Position numbers and translations under genes: made by a program. The notes beneath the pieces are model-generated. The model saw only the letters and a list, made by a program, of their open reading frames with translations. It ran no database searches and had not been told where the DNA came from. Shown here one piece after another: positions 8,809 to 19,094 of a stretch of DNA of 57,026 nucleotides. Position 1 is the stretch's first letter. Each line of letters opens with the position of its first letter. Origin of the DNA: an uncultured Planctomycetia bacterium (GTDB lineage Bacteria > Omnitrophota > Gorgyraeia > 2-02-FULL-51-18); the NCBI GenBank assembly GCA_964612035.1, contig CAZTBX010000088.1, positions 1 through 57,026 of the forward strand, read 5' to 3'.

Positions 8809-10563
8809 ATGCCTGAAACTCTCCCGAATACTCAACCTTCTTCTCAGAGCGATTCAAGTGAATTCGCAGAGTACTGGCGTGTCATCATTGGCAACCTCAG
8901 GACTATTTTGTCTATCACGGCGGTGGCGACGCTCTTGTCCACCATTTACTTTTCTACACTCCCTAATCTTTATACAGCCACTGCCCAGATCCTGGTTGAA
9001 CGGGCGCGGCCGGCGCAGCAATCTTCATCGCAGGCAATTTTTATGCCCAACTACCGGAGCGAGGATGATTATTATGGCACTCAAATAGCGATCCTCACGG
9101 GTCGGAAAATACAGGAAAAAGTTGCTGAGAAATTCCCAATAGATCCATCGAAGGAAAAATACCGGACCCGCGCGAGCAGGCTTCGAGCCACCCGCATCAT
9201 CGCGCTCTCAGTTACGTATAAGAATCCGAAAATGGCGGCGGACATTGCCAACCAGTTTGCCGAATTTTTTGTTCAAGAGAATGCCAATGAGGATCTGTAT
9301 ATCACCGAACAGATACTAAAACTCATCCCCGAAAAGATAGATCTGGAGGAAAAGCAACCGGCCGAGGGGACGTCTGAGTTCAGCAAACAGGAATACGTGG
9401 AATCCTTTTCAAGCGTGATGGAAGACCCTGTCGTGCAAAAAATGAGGACAGAGAAGATCGAGCTTGGGGCCAAGCTGAACGAATACTCGCAGAGGTACAA
9501 GCCGATGCATCCAGTGATGGTCGAGCTTAACGAGCGCCTCAAGTACGTGGACAATGAGATCAAGGACAGGACCTCCAAGATCGTCACCAACCTGAGGGCC
9601 GGTCTCTCAGGCAAGATCAAGATCAATAACGTGAGGATCCTTGAAGCGGCTTCGCCGCCGCGCAAACCCTCTGATCCAAAAAGGGCGCGTGGAGTCGCGA
9701 TCATCGCTTTCATGTCGTTGATCTCAAGTATCTGGCTGATCGTTTTCAGGGAGATCCTGAACGAAAAGGTCAGAACTGAAAAAGATCTGTTTCCCATGAT
9801 CAATATCCCTTTCCTCGGCTACCTGCCGGTGGCCCGTGAATTGCTGCGGAATACGAAAAATAGACAGCAATCGATCAAAAACATCTCTTTGGTCGATGTG
9901 ATCACGCGCAACAGTGTTTTGGCGGACTGCGTGGCCGGCCTGCGCACACATATTCTTTTTTCCATGCCCTACGAAAAATCTAAAAGGATCATGTTCACAA
10001 GCTCTATTCCGGAAGAAGGTAAGAGCACCGCTGCAACGCTATTCGCGCTCTCTTTGGTGACGCTCAAGCGGAAAATTCTCTTGATCGACGGTGACCTCCG
10101 GCGGCCCTCTCTACACAGTTATCTTGGTTTAAAAAACGAGAAAGGTCTTGGAGATTTTATTGTTGGAGAATGCACGCTCGAGGAAGCCATCCAGTCGGTT
10201 CCTGGAAGTGACCTCAAGCTTATTACGAGCGGGGGAAAAACAGAAAACGCCGCTGAATTGCTGGCTTCGGAAAGATTTGGGTTATTAATGAACACGGCCT
10301 CGGAAAGCTTTGACCGCATTGTGATCGACGTGCCTCCGTCTTTGTTCATTGCTGATGGCCTTATCATCGCCAAACATGTGCACAGCGGCGTTTTGGTTTG
10401 TGGATCGGGCATGGTGAACCGTAAAACCATCCAAGCCGTAATCGATAAGTTCAATGCGGTCAACCACGCGTTCATCGGACTCGTGATCAACCACGCGGAC
10501 TTTGAAAAGGAAGGGTACCGTTATCAGTACTACAGAAACTATAAAAACTATTATTCAAGATAA
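8809..10563 (+). CDS. Polysaccharide co-polymerase (Wzz domain) fused to a BY-type tyrosine autokinase
   Basis: 584 aa. N-terminal Wzz-like region with TM and coiled coil. Walker A SSIPEEGKST, Walker A' LLIDGDLRRP, Walker B IVIDVPP. C-terminal tyrosine cluster EGYRYQYYRNYKNYYSR. Confidence 0.9.
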   Translation: MPETLPNTQPSSQSDSSEFAEYWRVIIGNLRTILSITAVATLLSTIYFSTLPNLYTATAQILVERARPAQQSSSQAIFMPNYRSEDDYYGTQIAILTGRKIQEKVAEKFPIDPSKEKYRTRASRLRATRIIALSVTYKNPKMAADIANQFAEFFVQENANEDLYITEQILKLIPEKIDLEEKQPAEGTSEFSKQEYVESFSSVMEDPVVQKMRTEKIELGAKLNEYSQRYKPMHPVMVELNERLKYVDNEIKDRTSKIVTNLRAGLSGKIKINNVRILEAASPPRKPSDPKRARGVAIIAFMSLISSIWLIVFREILNEKVRTEKDLFPMINIPFLGYLPVARELLRNTKNRQQSIKNISLVDVITRNSVLADCVAGLRTHILFSMPYEKSKRIMFTSSIPEEGKSTAATLFALSLVTLKRKILLIDGDLRRPSLHSYLGLKNEKGLGDFIVGECTLEEAIQSVPGSDLKLITSGGKTENAAELLASERFGLLMNTASESFDRIVIDVPPSLFIADGLIIAKHVHSGVLVCGSGMVNRKTIQAVIDKFNAVNHAFIGLVINHADFEKEGYRYQYYRNYKNYYSR

Positions 10564-10575
10564 AGAAAAAACATT

Positions 10576-11601
10576 TTGAAGACAGCGCTGATCACAGGCA
10601 TCACAGGGCAAGACGGATCGTATCTAGCCGAGCTACTGCTTTCGAAGGGATACGAGGTTTATGGGATGATACGCCGGTCGAGCTCTATCAACACAAGGCG
10701 ACTAGACGGCATTTACCAAGAGCCACAAGCGGTTGATAAGCGCTTGCATCTTGTCTATGGCGATCTCAACGACGGCAGTTCCATCAATAAGATCATGCGG
10801 GACGCCAAGCCTGAAGAAATTTATAATCTCGCGGCCCAAAGCCATGTCAAAGTCAGCTTCGATATCCCCGAATACACGGCCGAGGTGACGGCGCTTGGCG
10901 TCTTACGCATCTTGGAGGCCATCCGAGAAACCGAAGTGAAGACCAAATTTTACCAGGCCTCTTCCAGCGAGATCTACGGCCGTAGCGAGACGGTTCCGCA
11001 GAACGAAAGCACCCCATTCAAGCCGGTGAGCCCGTACGCGGTGGCCAAGCTGTTTGCATACTGGTCCACCTTCAACTATCGCGAAAGTTACGGCCTTTTC
11101 GCCTGCAACGGGATTTTATTCAATCACGAATCGCCGCGTCGTGGCGAGACCTTTGTCACGCGCAAGATCACCATGGCGGTCGCCCGTATCAAGAAAGGTC
11201 TGCAGAGCGTTCTCTACCTCGGAAACCTCGATGCTAAAAGAGACTGGGGTTACGCGAAAGATTATGTGGAAGCGATGTGGATGATACTTCAGCAAGAAAA
11301 GCCGGATGATTATGTGATCGCCACCAACGAGACGCACACGGTCCGAGAATTTATGGAAGAGGCCTTTCGTTATGCGGGCCTCGACGCCAAAAAATATGTG
11401 CAGATCGATAAACGATATTTCCGGCCCCTTGAGGTGAACGCGCTTCAAGGGGATTACTCCAAAGCAAATAAAAAGCTTGGGTGGAAGCCAAAAACAACAT
11501 TCCGGGACCTTGTGAGGCTCATGGTCGACGCGGATATCCGAGCTCTTGAAAATGAGCGCCACCCAAAATGGTTAATCCAGCCAACAAACCCAAATACCTG
11601 A
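10576..11601 (+). CDS. gmd: GDP-mannose 4,6-dehydratase
   Basis: 341 aa with a TTG start. [34 protein letters not shown], the Y-x3-K context [11 protein letters not shown] and [17 protein letters not shown] are canonical Gmd blocks. Confidence 0.95.
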   Translation: MKTALITGITGQDGSYLAELLLSKGYEVYGMIRRSSSINTRRLDGIYQEPQAVDKRLHLVYGDLNDGSSINKIMRDAKPEEIYNLAAQSHVKVSFDIPEYTAEVTALGVLRILEAIRETEVKTKFYQASSSEIYGRSETVPQNESTPFKPVSPYAVAKLFAYWSTFNYRESYGLFACNGILFNHESPRRGETFVTRKITMAVARIKKGLQSVLYLGNLDAKRDWGYAKDYVEAMWMILQQEKPDDYVIATNETHTVREFMEEAFRYAGLDAKKYVQIDKRYFRPLEVNALQGDYSKANKKLGWKPKTTFRDLVRLMVDADIRALENERHPKWLIQPTNPNT

Positions 11602-13382
11602 GGATCGTCCGATCCTTTCTGGAACTCACCAAACCTAATCTCGGCCTGGTCGTTGTTTCGACGGTTTTTCTTGCGATCTCATCTATTCTCGAAGGGATCA
11701 GTCTAGGGCTGATCGTCCCGGTTCTGGATATGTTGATCAAACAGGGAGAGTTTTCGCTGGCACTGCAGATCCCTTATCTGCAGGAGGTCCTTCAGTTTAT
11801 TCCACATTTAAAATTTCGCTACGCATTTTTGGTCATTCTAGGCTGTATTCTGTCGACGGTGATCGTCCGAAATTTCCTTGTGTACGCGAGCGAACTTCTG
11901 GCCTCTGAGCTAAGCCGCAAAATGGAGCACGCGCTCCGCGTGAAGATCTTCGATCGGTATCTCAGCTTCAGCAAAATATATTTCGATAAGAACAAGATCG
12001 GCAACATGGCGGATCTCGCCATCAACCAGGTCATATGGGCGTGCGAAATACTTCGAAATCTCAATCACTTGCTTCTTTCTTCGTTTCTGTTGCTCGTTTA
12101 CCTAATGATCATGATGCTGATCTCATGGAAACTCACTTTGATAGCCTTCGCGCTCTTGCCAGGCGTTTACTTTGTCACCCGTATCGTATCGAGAAAAGTG
12201 GTTTTATCGACAGACCAAAAATTTCATATTGATCAAAAAATGAGCGCCTATCTTTACGATACTCTTTCAAACATGACGCTGATCCGCTCCTATAACAATG
12301 AAACGGTTGAAAGTAGTACTTACCATCGCATCAGTGATGACAGCCGGAAAAATTTTCATAGCGTTCTCAAAAAAATTCTATTCGCGCCTCATGTCCAAGA
12401 TGTTATTTTGACGACAACGATCGTGATCCTCATCACTCTTTGCGTCTTTGTTTTTTTTAAAGAGAGGGTTGCCGGCTTAAGCGGTTTCCTAACGTTTTTT
12501 ATCGCCCTACGGAGATTTTCTCTCAATCTAAGCATGCTCGGGAACCACTACATTGATATTTCCAAAGGGGTCGCCCCCATGCGGCGCATCCTGACTATTT
12601 TTGAAGATGATGGGAAGTTCTTCATCCGGTCAGGGCATGAAAAATTCGAGGGTCTGAGGGACAAGATAGAATTTAAAAACGTTTTTTTTGGTTACGAAGG
12701 GATGCATATCTTAAAAGGCATCCATTTGACCATTCCAAAAGGCCGCATGACCGCTTTGGTAGGGGCTACAGGGGCGGGGAAGACTACCTTGGTCAATATG
12801 ATCCCTCGTTTTTACGATGTCACCGAAGGCGCCGTGGAACTGGATGGAGTCAATATCAAGAATTACTCCCTGGCCTCTTTGAGGGCGAAGATAGCGATTG
12901 TCGACCAGGACTCTCATATTTTTAATACGACAATTAAGGAAAATATTTTATATGGATTAAAAGAGAAGATCGCAGAAGAAGAACTATATCAAGTCTCCAA
13001 AAAAGCCTCGTTGCATGAGTTCGTGATGGGCTTACCCGAGCAATACGACACGCTTGTCGGCGATCGAGGCGTCCGGCTGTCGGGCGGTGAAAAACAGCGG
13101 TTGGCTATCGCGAGAGCTCTGCTAAAAAATCCGGAGATCATCATTTTTGACGAGGCAACCAGCTCGCTGGATGTCGAGACCGAACAGTCCATTCAGCAGG
13201 CGATCGAAAACGTCACCGTGGGGCGCACGGTTATTGTCATCGCGCACCGGCTTTCGACGATAAAAAATGCGGGCCAGATAGCCGTCGTGGATCAAGGCCA
13301 GATCATGGAGCAGGGCTCGTTCCGGGAGCTCTTGGACCGCAAAGGGTTCTTTTTCCGGTATTGGCAGCTACAGTACTTTTGA
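11568..13382 (+). CDS. Fused TMD-NBD ABC exporter (MsbA/PglK-like half transporter)
   Basis: 604 aa with a six-TM N-terminal half. Walker [10 protein letters not shown], signature [15 protein letters not shown], Walker [13 protein letters not shown]. Overlaps the gmd 3' end by 34 nt. Confidence 0.9.
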   Translation: MVNPANKPKYLRIVRSFLELTKPNLGLVVVSTVFLAISSILEGISLGLIVPVLDMLIKQGEFSLALQIPYLQEVLQFIPHLKFRYAFLVILGCILSTVIVRNFLVYASELLASELSRKMEHALRVKIFDRYLSFSKIYFDKNKIGNMADLAINQVIWACEILRNLNHLLLSSFLLLVYLMIMMLISWKLTLIAFALLPGVYFVTRIVSRKVVLSTDQKFHIDQKMSAYLYDTLSNMTLIRSYNNETVESSTYHRISDDSRKNFHSVLKKILFAPHVQDVILTTTIVILITLCVFVFFKERVAGLSGFLTFFIALRRFSLNLSMLGNHYIDISKGVAPMRRILTIFEDDGKFFIRSGHEKFEGLRDKIEFKNVFFGYEGMHILKGIHLTIPKGRMTALVGATGAGKTTLVNMIPRFYDVTEGAVELDGVNIKNYSLASLRAKIAIVDQDSHIFNTTIKENILYGLKEKIAEEELYQVSKKASLHEFVMGLPEQYDTLVGDRGVRLSGGEKQRLAIARALLKNPEIIIFDEATSSLDVETEQSIQQAIENVTVGRTVIVIAHRLSTIKNAGQIAVVDQGQIMEQGSFRELLDRKGFFFRYWQLQYF

Positions 13383-13392
13383 ATGGAGTGCG

Positions 13393-14430
13393 ATGCCTGT
13401 TGCGGTCTTGAACTATCATAGCTGGTGTATGGACCTTGATCTTTTGACCAAAGATATCCGGCATTTACGAAAGTGCCGCTGGGAGATCGTGTCGCTGGCA
13501 AAACTTGTCGACCTTCATAAAGGCATTGCGTCTTCTAGCGCAAAATATGTTCATATCACCAACGATGACGTAACCAAAACCAACGAAGCGTTTGCGGCGA
13601 TCCTTGACGAACAGGATTGCCCGGCTACCTTTTTCTTGCCCACGGGACTTGTTCCTGAAAATCGCCTGACATATTATCGTGAATTGGATCACGAGGGATC
13701 GATCGCCATTGAAGACCATTCGCTTTACCATCGGCGCGTTTTCACTGGTTCGAGGCTGATCGAATTTTATCATGAGGCCTCTGTATCCGTGGACCTGGCA
13801 AAACTGATCCGACAATATTCTCATAAGGCCGCACTGGAGAGCGTCCCCGAAGATCAGCCGCTGATGGGACTGGAGCATTTGAATTTAAAAAAGGGCGCGC
13901 CTATTTTGGAATTTGAAAGCGAACTGGCGGCTCCGCGGTTTTGGCCAGATCCACGTGTCAGTGATTTCTGCGTCGAAGCGGCCAAGTCTCTGGATTCTTT
14001 GGACCCGAAAGAGATCGATCTAAGGATCACCCAGCCAATGATCGCGAAGGGTCTTGCCGATGAGGATCGAGGCGTGGTCCGCGTGATGGGCCGGCACGAG
14101 AGCTCGTCGGAGTTTGAAGACAGGGTCAGGCGTTATCTTGAAGAAGGGAAACGGAATTTTGTGAAAATATTCGAGCGAGATCCGGTCGCTTTCTGCTATC
14201 CGTTTTCGGACTATTCAAACACCGTCGACTTGGCCCTTCAACACTTAGGATATCTACTGCAATTTGGTCTTGGATCCTCTTTTTGGAATGAAAAGCGTCA
14301 TTTCGTACCACGGATCCCCATTACCGATCATACGCCCAGACCTTTGAACATGGAGCGTCTCTGTGGACAGGGCCTAGGATCGAGATCGCGAGCCGCGTGG
14401 AAGGCGATTTTTAGAGACGCTCACACATGA
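13393..14430 (+). CDS. Polysaccharide deacetylase (NodB homology / CE4-like) family protein
   Basis: 345 aa. HITNDDV (TFDD-type motif 1) and EDHSLYH (H-S-x-x-H motif 2), with FFLPTG between them. Confidence 0.65.
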   Translation: MPVAVLNYHSWCMDLDLLTKDIRHLRKCRWEIVSLAKLVDLHKGIASSSAKYVHITNDDVTKTNEAFAAILDEQDCPATFFLPTGLVPENRLTYYRELDHEGSIAIEDHSLYHRRVFTGSRLIEFYHEASVSVDLAKLIRQYSHKAALESVPEDQPLMGLEHLNLKKGAPILEFESELAAPRFWPDPRVSDFCVEAAKSLDSLDPKEIDLRITQPMIAKGLADEDRGVVRVMGRHESSSEFEDRVRRYLEEGKRNFVKIFERDPVAFCYPFSDYSNTVDLALQHLGYLLQFGLGSSFWNEKRHFVPRIPITDHTPRPLNMERLCGQGLGSRSRAAWKAIFRDAHT

Positions 14431-15734
14431 AAGTGATGCAAGCCCCTTACACGTTTTATCCTGATCCCGTTGGCGGGACTGAGATCTACGTGGAAAAGCT
14501 CGCACAAAAACTTCTCGAGTTAAACATCGAATCGGTGATAGTCGCCCCTCATGATAAAAGCAGTGATTCTTATGTGCATGGCGGAATGCGCGTTCATCGG
14601 TATCGTGTGAACGAGGTCCACCATCTACACGAACTGTATGGTGAAGGGGACTCCAAGGCCGCAGAGAGGTTTGGGCGGATCCTGGACGATGAAAAACCAT
14701 CCGTGCTCCATCTCCATGCTCGGAGTCGAGGGATTTCTATCCAAGTTGTCCGCGAGGCAAAGAAAAAGAATATTCCGGTTATTTTCACTTATCATACGGC
14801 ATCGGTAACCTGTTCTCGCGGAAGCCTCCTGCAGTGGGGCGAAAAGGTATGCGATGGCAAGCTTGACGTTCAAAAATGCGCGTCATGCGCCCTTCATGGC
14901 TTGGGCTTGCCCCGTTTTGCGGCGATCGCCTTGGCGAGTCTGCCGACCAGTTTCGGCGGTATCGCGCAACAACTCAATTTAAATGGGGGAGCGTGGACCG
15001 CTTTACGAATGCGCGAATTGATCAAGTTTCAGCAGGAAAACATCACCGCTTTCCTTCAGGAGGTCGACCACATTGTCGCGGTCAGCGAGTGGTCGAAACA
15101 ATTGATGATCGAAAATGGTGTGCCTCAGGGGAAAATAACATTTTGCAGGCATGGCATGGATCCTGCCGAAACGGCTACTCTGGTGCCCTACACTTCCCAC
15201 CCGCTAAAAATGGTATTTATGGGCCGATTTCACCCTCTGAAAGGCCTCAGTATTTTGTTGGAGGCGATCCGCGACGATCCTTCTCTCGAAGTGGAGTTGC
15301 ATATTTATGGCATCACCGAAGACTCTGCGAGCGATATCTATGAACATCAATTGAAGGCACGGTTTAGGGCGGATGGGCGCGTTGTGTTCCATGAGGTAGT
15401 GCCGCACCCTGAGGTTCAATCTATCCTTAAAAATTTTCACGTAATGGTGATCCCATCACAGGCCTTGGAAACAGGCCCCATGGTATTGTTGGAGGCATTT
15501 TCTGTCGGATTGCCTGTCATTGCTTCGGATCTCGGCGGGATCGCCGAACTCGCCTCGGATGGAGCGGGCGGAATTCTGGTCAAGCCGAGCTCGAAAAGGG
15601 CATGGCAGTTGGCTATGCGTCAATGCGCAGATGACCCGTCTGTTCTGCACCGTTTAAGAGCGAAAATGCCAGAAGTAAAGAAAATGAGCGTGTTGGCGCA
15701 AGAAACTTTAGAGCTTTATCGACGCTATCAATGA
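14427..15734 (+). CDS. Glycosyltransferase, GT4 family
   Basis: 435 aa. N-terminus FYPDPVGGTEIYVEKLAQKL. C-terminus IPSQALETGPMVLLEAFSVGLPVIASDLGG. ATGA overlap with the upstream gene. Confidence 0.85.
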   Translation: MKVMQAPYTFYPDPVGGTEIYVEKLAQKLLELNIESVIVAPHDKSSDSYVHGGMRVHRYRVNEVHHLHELYGEGDSKAAERFGRILDDEKPSVLHLHARSRGISIQVVREAKKKNIPVIFTYHTASVTCSRGSLLQWGEKVCDGKLDVQKCASCALHGLGLPRFAAIALASLPTSFGGIAQQLNLNGGAWTALRMRELIKFQQENITAFLQEVDHIVAVSEWSKQLMIENGVPQGKITFCRHGMDPAETATLVPYTSHPLKMVFMGRFHPLKGLSILLEAIRDDPSLEVELHIYGITEDSASDIYEHQLKARFRADGRVVFHEVVPHPEVQSILKNFHVMVIPSQALETGPMVLLEAFSVGLPVIASDLGGIAELASDGAGGILVKPSSKRAWQLAMRQCADDPSVLHRLRAKMPEVKKMSVLAQETLELYRRYQ

Positions 15735-16894
15735 ACCGATCCGTTGTCTACGTACAATACACGAATCCGTCGATCTATGCCCCACTCCGGCATAGTTCCA
15801 TGATGTTGGCTGAAAAGGGTTTTCATGTTTATTTTCTTGCGACTGGGGCTTTTCAAGAAGCGGATCAGGCGACGATGCCGCCCCATCGTCATATCTGCGT
15901 TAAAAAAATAAATTTTTGTCCTCCGGGCTGGAGACAAAAAATTCACTACCTTTTTTTTCTTTTATGGGTTTTTTATTGGGTGCTTCGATGGCGCTCCCAA
16001 TGGGTGTATTGCTCGGATCCTTTGTCCTGTCCGATCGGCTATGCCCTCAGTTTTTTGCCGGGGGTCCGTATTATCTACCACGAGCATGATTCCCCGCCGT
16101 TGACGCCCAACGGTTTACTCCAAAGACTGGTTTTGTATGCCAGACGACGTTTGGCCAAAAAAGTGACGGTTAATGTCCTGCCGAATCCAGAGCGTCAGGC
16201 GATGTTTGCCTCTTCACTTGGTCTCGGTCCTGACAAAATAATGCTGGTGATGAATTGTCCACCCAAGGCGGACGTTATTTCAGAACGGAAAGCTGGCGCT
16301 GAGGCAGATTTCTGGATCGCCTATCACGGTAGCCTCGTGCCCTCTAGGCTCCCCACCTCTTTTTTTAAGGCGCTGTCTCTATTACCGGAAGCCATTAAAG
16401 TGAAAGTCATTGGTTACCAAACTACCGGGCACGCGCACTATGGGGAGGCATTGAAAGATCTTTGCTCAAAGCAAGGGATGCTCCAGAGGGTTCGATGGAT
16501 CGGTTTTTTGGAAGAAAGATCCCAAATGCTGGCGGAATGTGTTCAATGCGATATGGGCTTATCGTTGATGCCGAAGCAAAGCGCGGACGTGAACGAGGTC
16601 CATATGGCCGGCGCGTCCAGTAAGACCTTTGAATATCTTGCCTGCGGGTTGCCTGTATTGGTTTCAGATCTGCCTGCATGGAAAAAATTATTTGTCGATC
16701 CCGGTTACGGTTTGGCCTGCGACCCCGAAGACGCGAAGGATATCGCGGAGAAACTGCTTTGGTTTTATGAAAACCGGGACAAGGCGCGCGCGATGGGTGA
16801 AAAAGGGCGTCAACGTATCGCGACCGACTGGAACTATGAACACGAATTTGCTCCGCTGGCCGATCGCATGATGATGGAGTCCGTCAGTCGATGA
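15731..16894 (+). CDS. Glycosyltransferase, GT-B fold (GT4-like)
   Basis: 387 aa. C-terminal block ASSKTFEYLACGLPVLVSDLPAWKKLF. ATGA overlaps at both ends. Confidence 0.75.
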   Translation: MNRSVVYVQYTNPSIYAPLRHSSMMLAEKGFHVYFLATGAFQEADQATMPPHRHICVKKINFCPPGWRQKIHYLFFLLWVFYWVLRWRSQWVYCSDPLSCPIGYALSFLPGVRIIYHEHDSPPLTPNGLLQRLVLYARRRLAKKVTVNVLPNPERQAMFASSLGLGPDKIMLVMNCPPKADVISERKAGAEADFWIAYHGSLVPSRLPTSFFKALSLLPEAIKVKVIGYQTTGHAHYGEALKDLCSKQGMLQRVRWIGFLEERSQMLAECVQCDMGLSLMPKQSADVNEVHMAGASSKTFEYLACGLPVLVSDLPAWKKLFVDPGYGLACDPEDAKDIAEKLLWFYENRDKARAMGEKGRQRIATDWNYEHEFAPLADRMMMESVSR

Positions 16895-18057
16895 AAGGGC
16901 TTCTCGCCATTGAAACCCACCCGATACAATACCATGCGCCCGTATACCAGGCCCTGCAGCGTGATCAGGGTATCCCCACGACAGTTATTTACGGCTCCGA
17001 TTACGGCGTCGCCGGCTACTGGGACGATGAATTTCAAAAGAAATTTGCCTGGGACACGGACCTTTTGGCGGGCTATCAGTCGATCTTCCTTTCAAGGTCC
17101 GGCGGAAAGTCGGGTAAACCTTCAGCCAGGAATTTAAGAAATAAAATTCGGGAAGTAGACCCAAAGACCATTCTATTGACAGGTTACAGCCCTCTCTTCT
17201 ATTCCGAAGTGGTGATCCAGGCCCTTACGCTTCCTTACCCGTTGCTATTTCGCGGAGAGACGACGGACCATGCGCGGGTGCGGTCGTCCGTCAAAATGTG
17301 CGCGAGGGACGCGCTTTTACGTTTTATATACAGCCGCTGCTCCCGCCTTCTATACGTTGGAAAAGAATCTTTGTCGCATTTCAAGCGCCTTGGATGCCCC
17401 GAAACCAAACTCGTTTTTTCTCCTTACTGCGTCAACGCGCAGACATTTCAATGCGATGAAGATGCCCGACGGCGTTTGCGAGACGATCTACGTGGGTCCC
17501 TCGGGTTTTCCGGCGATCAAACCGTACTCCTTTTCTCCGGAAAATTAAGCCGCAGGAAAGGAGCAGATCTGCTTCTGTCAGCCGTTAAGCAGCTTCCTGA
17601 ATTGGTCCGAAAGAATATGGGAGTCATTTATATTGGTAGCGGAAATCTGGATCCGGAACTGAGGCGTTTAGCGGCAGATTCTCCGTCTACGAGAGTTCAT
17701 TTTGCCGGTTTTCAAAATCAAACGAAACTGAGCCCTTATTACCACGCGGCCGATCTATTGGTATTGCCGAGCCTGTATTCTGAAACGTGGGGGTTGGTGG
17801 TGAATGAGGCCCTTCACCATGGCTTGCCGGCGGTCGTTTCAGATGCGGTCGGGTGCGCACCCGATCTGATCGAACCCGGCGTCACCGGGGAAATTTTCCG
17901 ATCGGGGTCGATGACGGATCTGTGTGCGGTTTTGCAACGGGCATTGGCGCTGACCCACAGCGAAGTTGTGCGCACTCGTTGCCGGGAAAAGATCCAAAAC
18001 TACACCGTCGAAAAAGCGGCGGCGGGGCTTGCTTCCGCCCACAAAGCGGTTGGCTAA
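16891..18057 (+). CDS. Glycosyltransferase, GT4 family
   Basis: 388 aa. LLVLPSLYSETWGLVVNEALHHGLPAVVSDAVG (E-x7-E region). Confidence 0.85.
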   Translation: MKGLLAIETHPIQYHAPVYQALQRDQGIPTTVIYGSDYGVAGYWDDEFQKKFAWDTDLLAGYQSIFLSRSGGKSGKPSARNLRNKIREVDPKTILLTGYSPLFYSEVVIQALTLPYPLLFRGETTDHARVRSSVKMCARDALLRFIYSRCSRLLYVGKESLSHFKRLGCPETKLVFSPYCVNAQTFQCDEDARRRLRDDLRGSLGFSGDQTVLLFSGKLSRRKGADLLLSAVKQLPELVRKNMGVIYIGSGNLDPELRRLAADSPSTRVHFAGFQNQTKLSPYYHAADLLVLPSLYSETWGLVVNEALHHGLPAVVSDAVGCAPDLIEPGVTGEIFRSGSMTDLCAVLQRALALTHSEVVRTRCREKIQNYTVEKAAAGLASAHKAVG

Positions 18058-18062
18058 CCCCC

Positions 18063-19094
18063 ATGAAACTGCTGATCGCCAGTGAGTTCAAGTATGGCCA
18101 GATAGGCCGTTCGTTTCAAAAAGGATTTGCAGGCCATGGAGTCGAGATCGACGCATTTGATCTGGCGGAAGAATACCAAAAAACCCCTCTTGCCAAGAAC
18201 AAATATGTCAGCCGGCTCTTTAGGACGGTCTATGCCGAGGCTATGAGCAGACAACTTTGCTTAAGAATGGATCGATTTGATCCGGATATCCTTTTCATCA
18301 CGAAAGGGCAATGGATAAAGCCTTGGGCGCTTGCTGAGTTCCACAAAAAAGGGAAAAAGATCCTCAACTTTTATACGGATGACCCCTTTGAGATGAAAAA
18401 TTCTTCCCAATGGGTGCACCGAAGTTTCCCCGTGTACGATGTTTTTTTTACTTTCGCGAAGCATCTCATGCCACGATTGATCAAGGCGGGCTGTCGAAAA
18501 GTGGAGTACTTGCCCTTCGCAAGAGACCCCGAGCTGCACGCTCCTTGGCTGAATGCGGAAGATCTGTCCCCGTACACCTGTGATGTTTGTTTTATCGGCA
18601 ATATCGATGAGGTGCGCCTCCATTGGCTTCAGCAGCTAAAGAGAGTGGATCTGAAGATCTGGGGAGGGACCGTCAATTCGCGGCGCTTTCATCTTTCGGG
18701 GCTGGAGAGCAAAATGCAGGCCGTGCCCTTGTACGGGACTTTGTTTTCAAAGGCGATGGCCGCATGCAAAATAGCGCTGAACCTGATGCGCATGCAAAAT
18801 GCCCATAGCCACAACATGAGAACGTACGAAGCCGCGGCCTGCGGGGCATTCGTGCTCAGCGAGAGGACGCCCGAGGTGGTCGAATTATTCAAGGAAGACG
18901 TGGAAGCCGCTTACTTCTCCACGCCTGAGGAGCTGCTTCGCAAGATCGACTATTACCTGAAGCATGCGGAAGAGAGGAAGAGGATCGCCCGGGCGGGCTG
19001 GGAGCGTGTCAAAGATGACACTTACTCCAAAAGGGCTGAACGAGTGCTTGACGTGTGCAGAGGACTGGAAACCTCTGAGGCGGTACGCATTTGA
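18063..19094 (+). CDS. CgeB-family glycosyltransferase-like protein
   Basis: The ORF is open from 17853, but the ATG at 18063 lies just after the upstream stop (MKLLIASEFKYGQ...). C-terminal block HNMRTYEAAACGAFVLSERTPEVVELFKEDVEAAYFSTPEELLRKIDYYL resembles CgeB-type Glyco_trans_1_2 proteins. Confidence 0.7.
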   Translation: MKLLIASEFKYGQIGRSFQKGFAGHGVEIDAFDLAEEYQKTPLAKNKYVSRLFRTVYAEAMSRQLCLRMDRFDPDILFITKGQWIKPWALAEFHKKGKKILNFYTDDPFEMKNSSQWVHRSFPVYDVFFTFAKHLMPRLIKAGCRKVEYLPFARDPELHAPWLNAEDLSPYTCDVCFIGNIDEVRLHWLQQLKRVDLKIWGGTVNSRRFHLSGLESKMQAVPLYGTLFSKAMAACKIALNLMRMQNAHSHNMRTYEAAACGAFVLSERTPEVVELFKEDVEAAYFSTPEELLRKIDYYLKHAEERKRIARAGWERVKDDTYSKRAERVLDVCRGLETSEAVRI

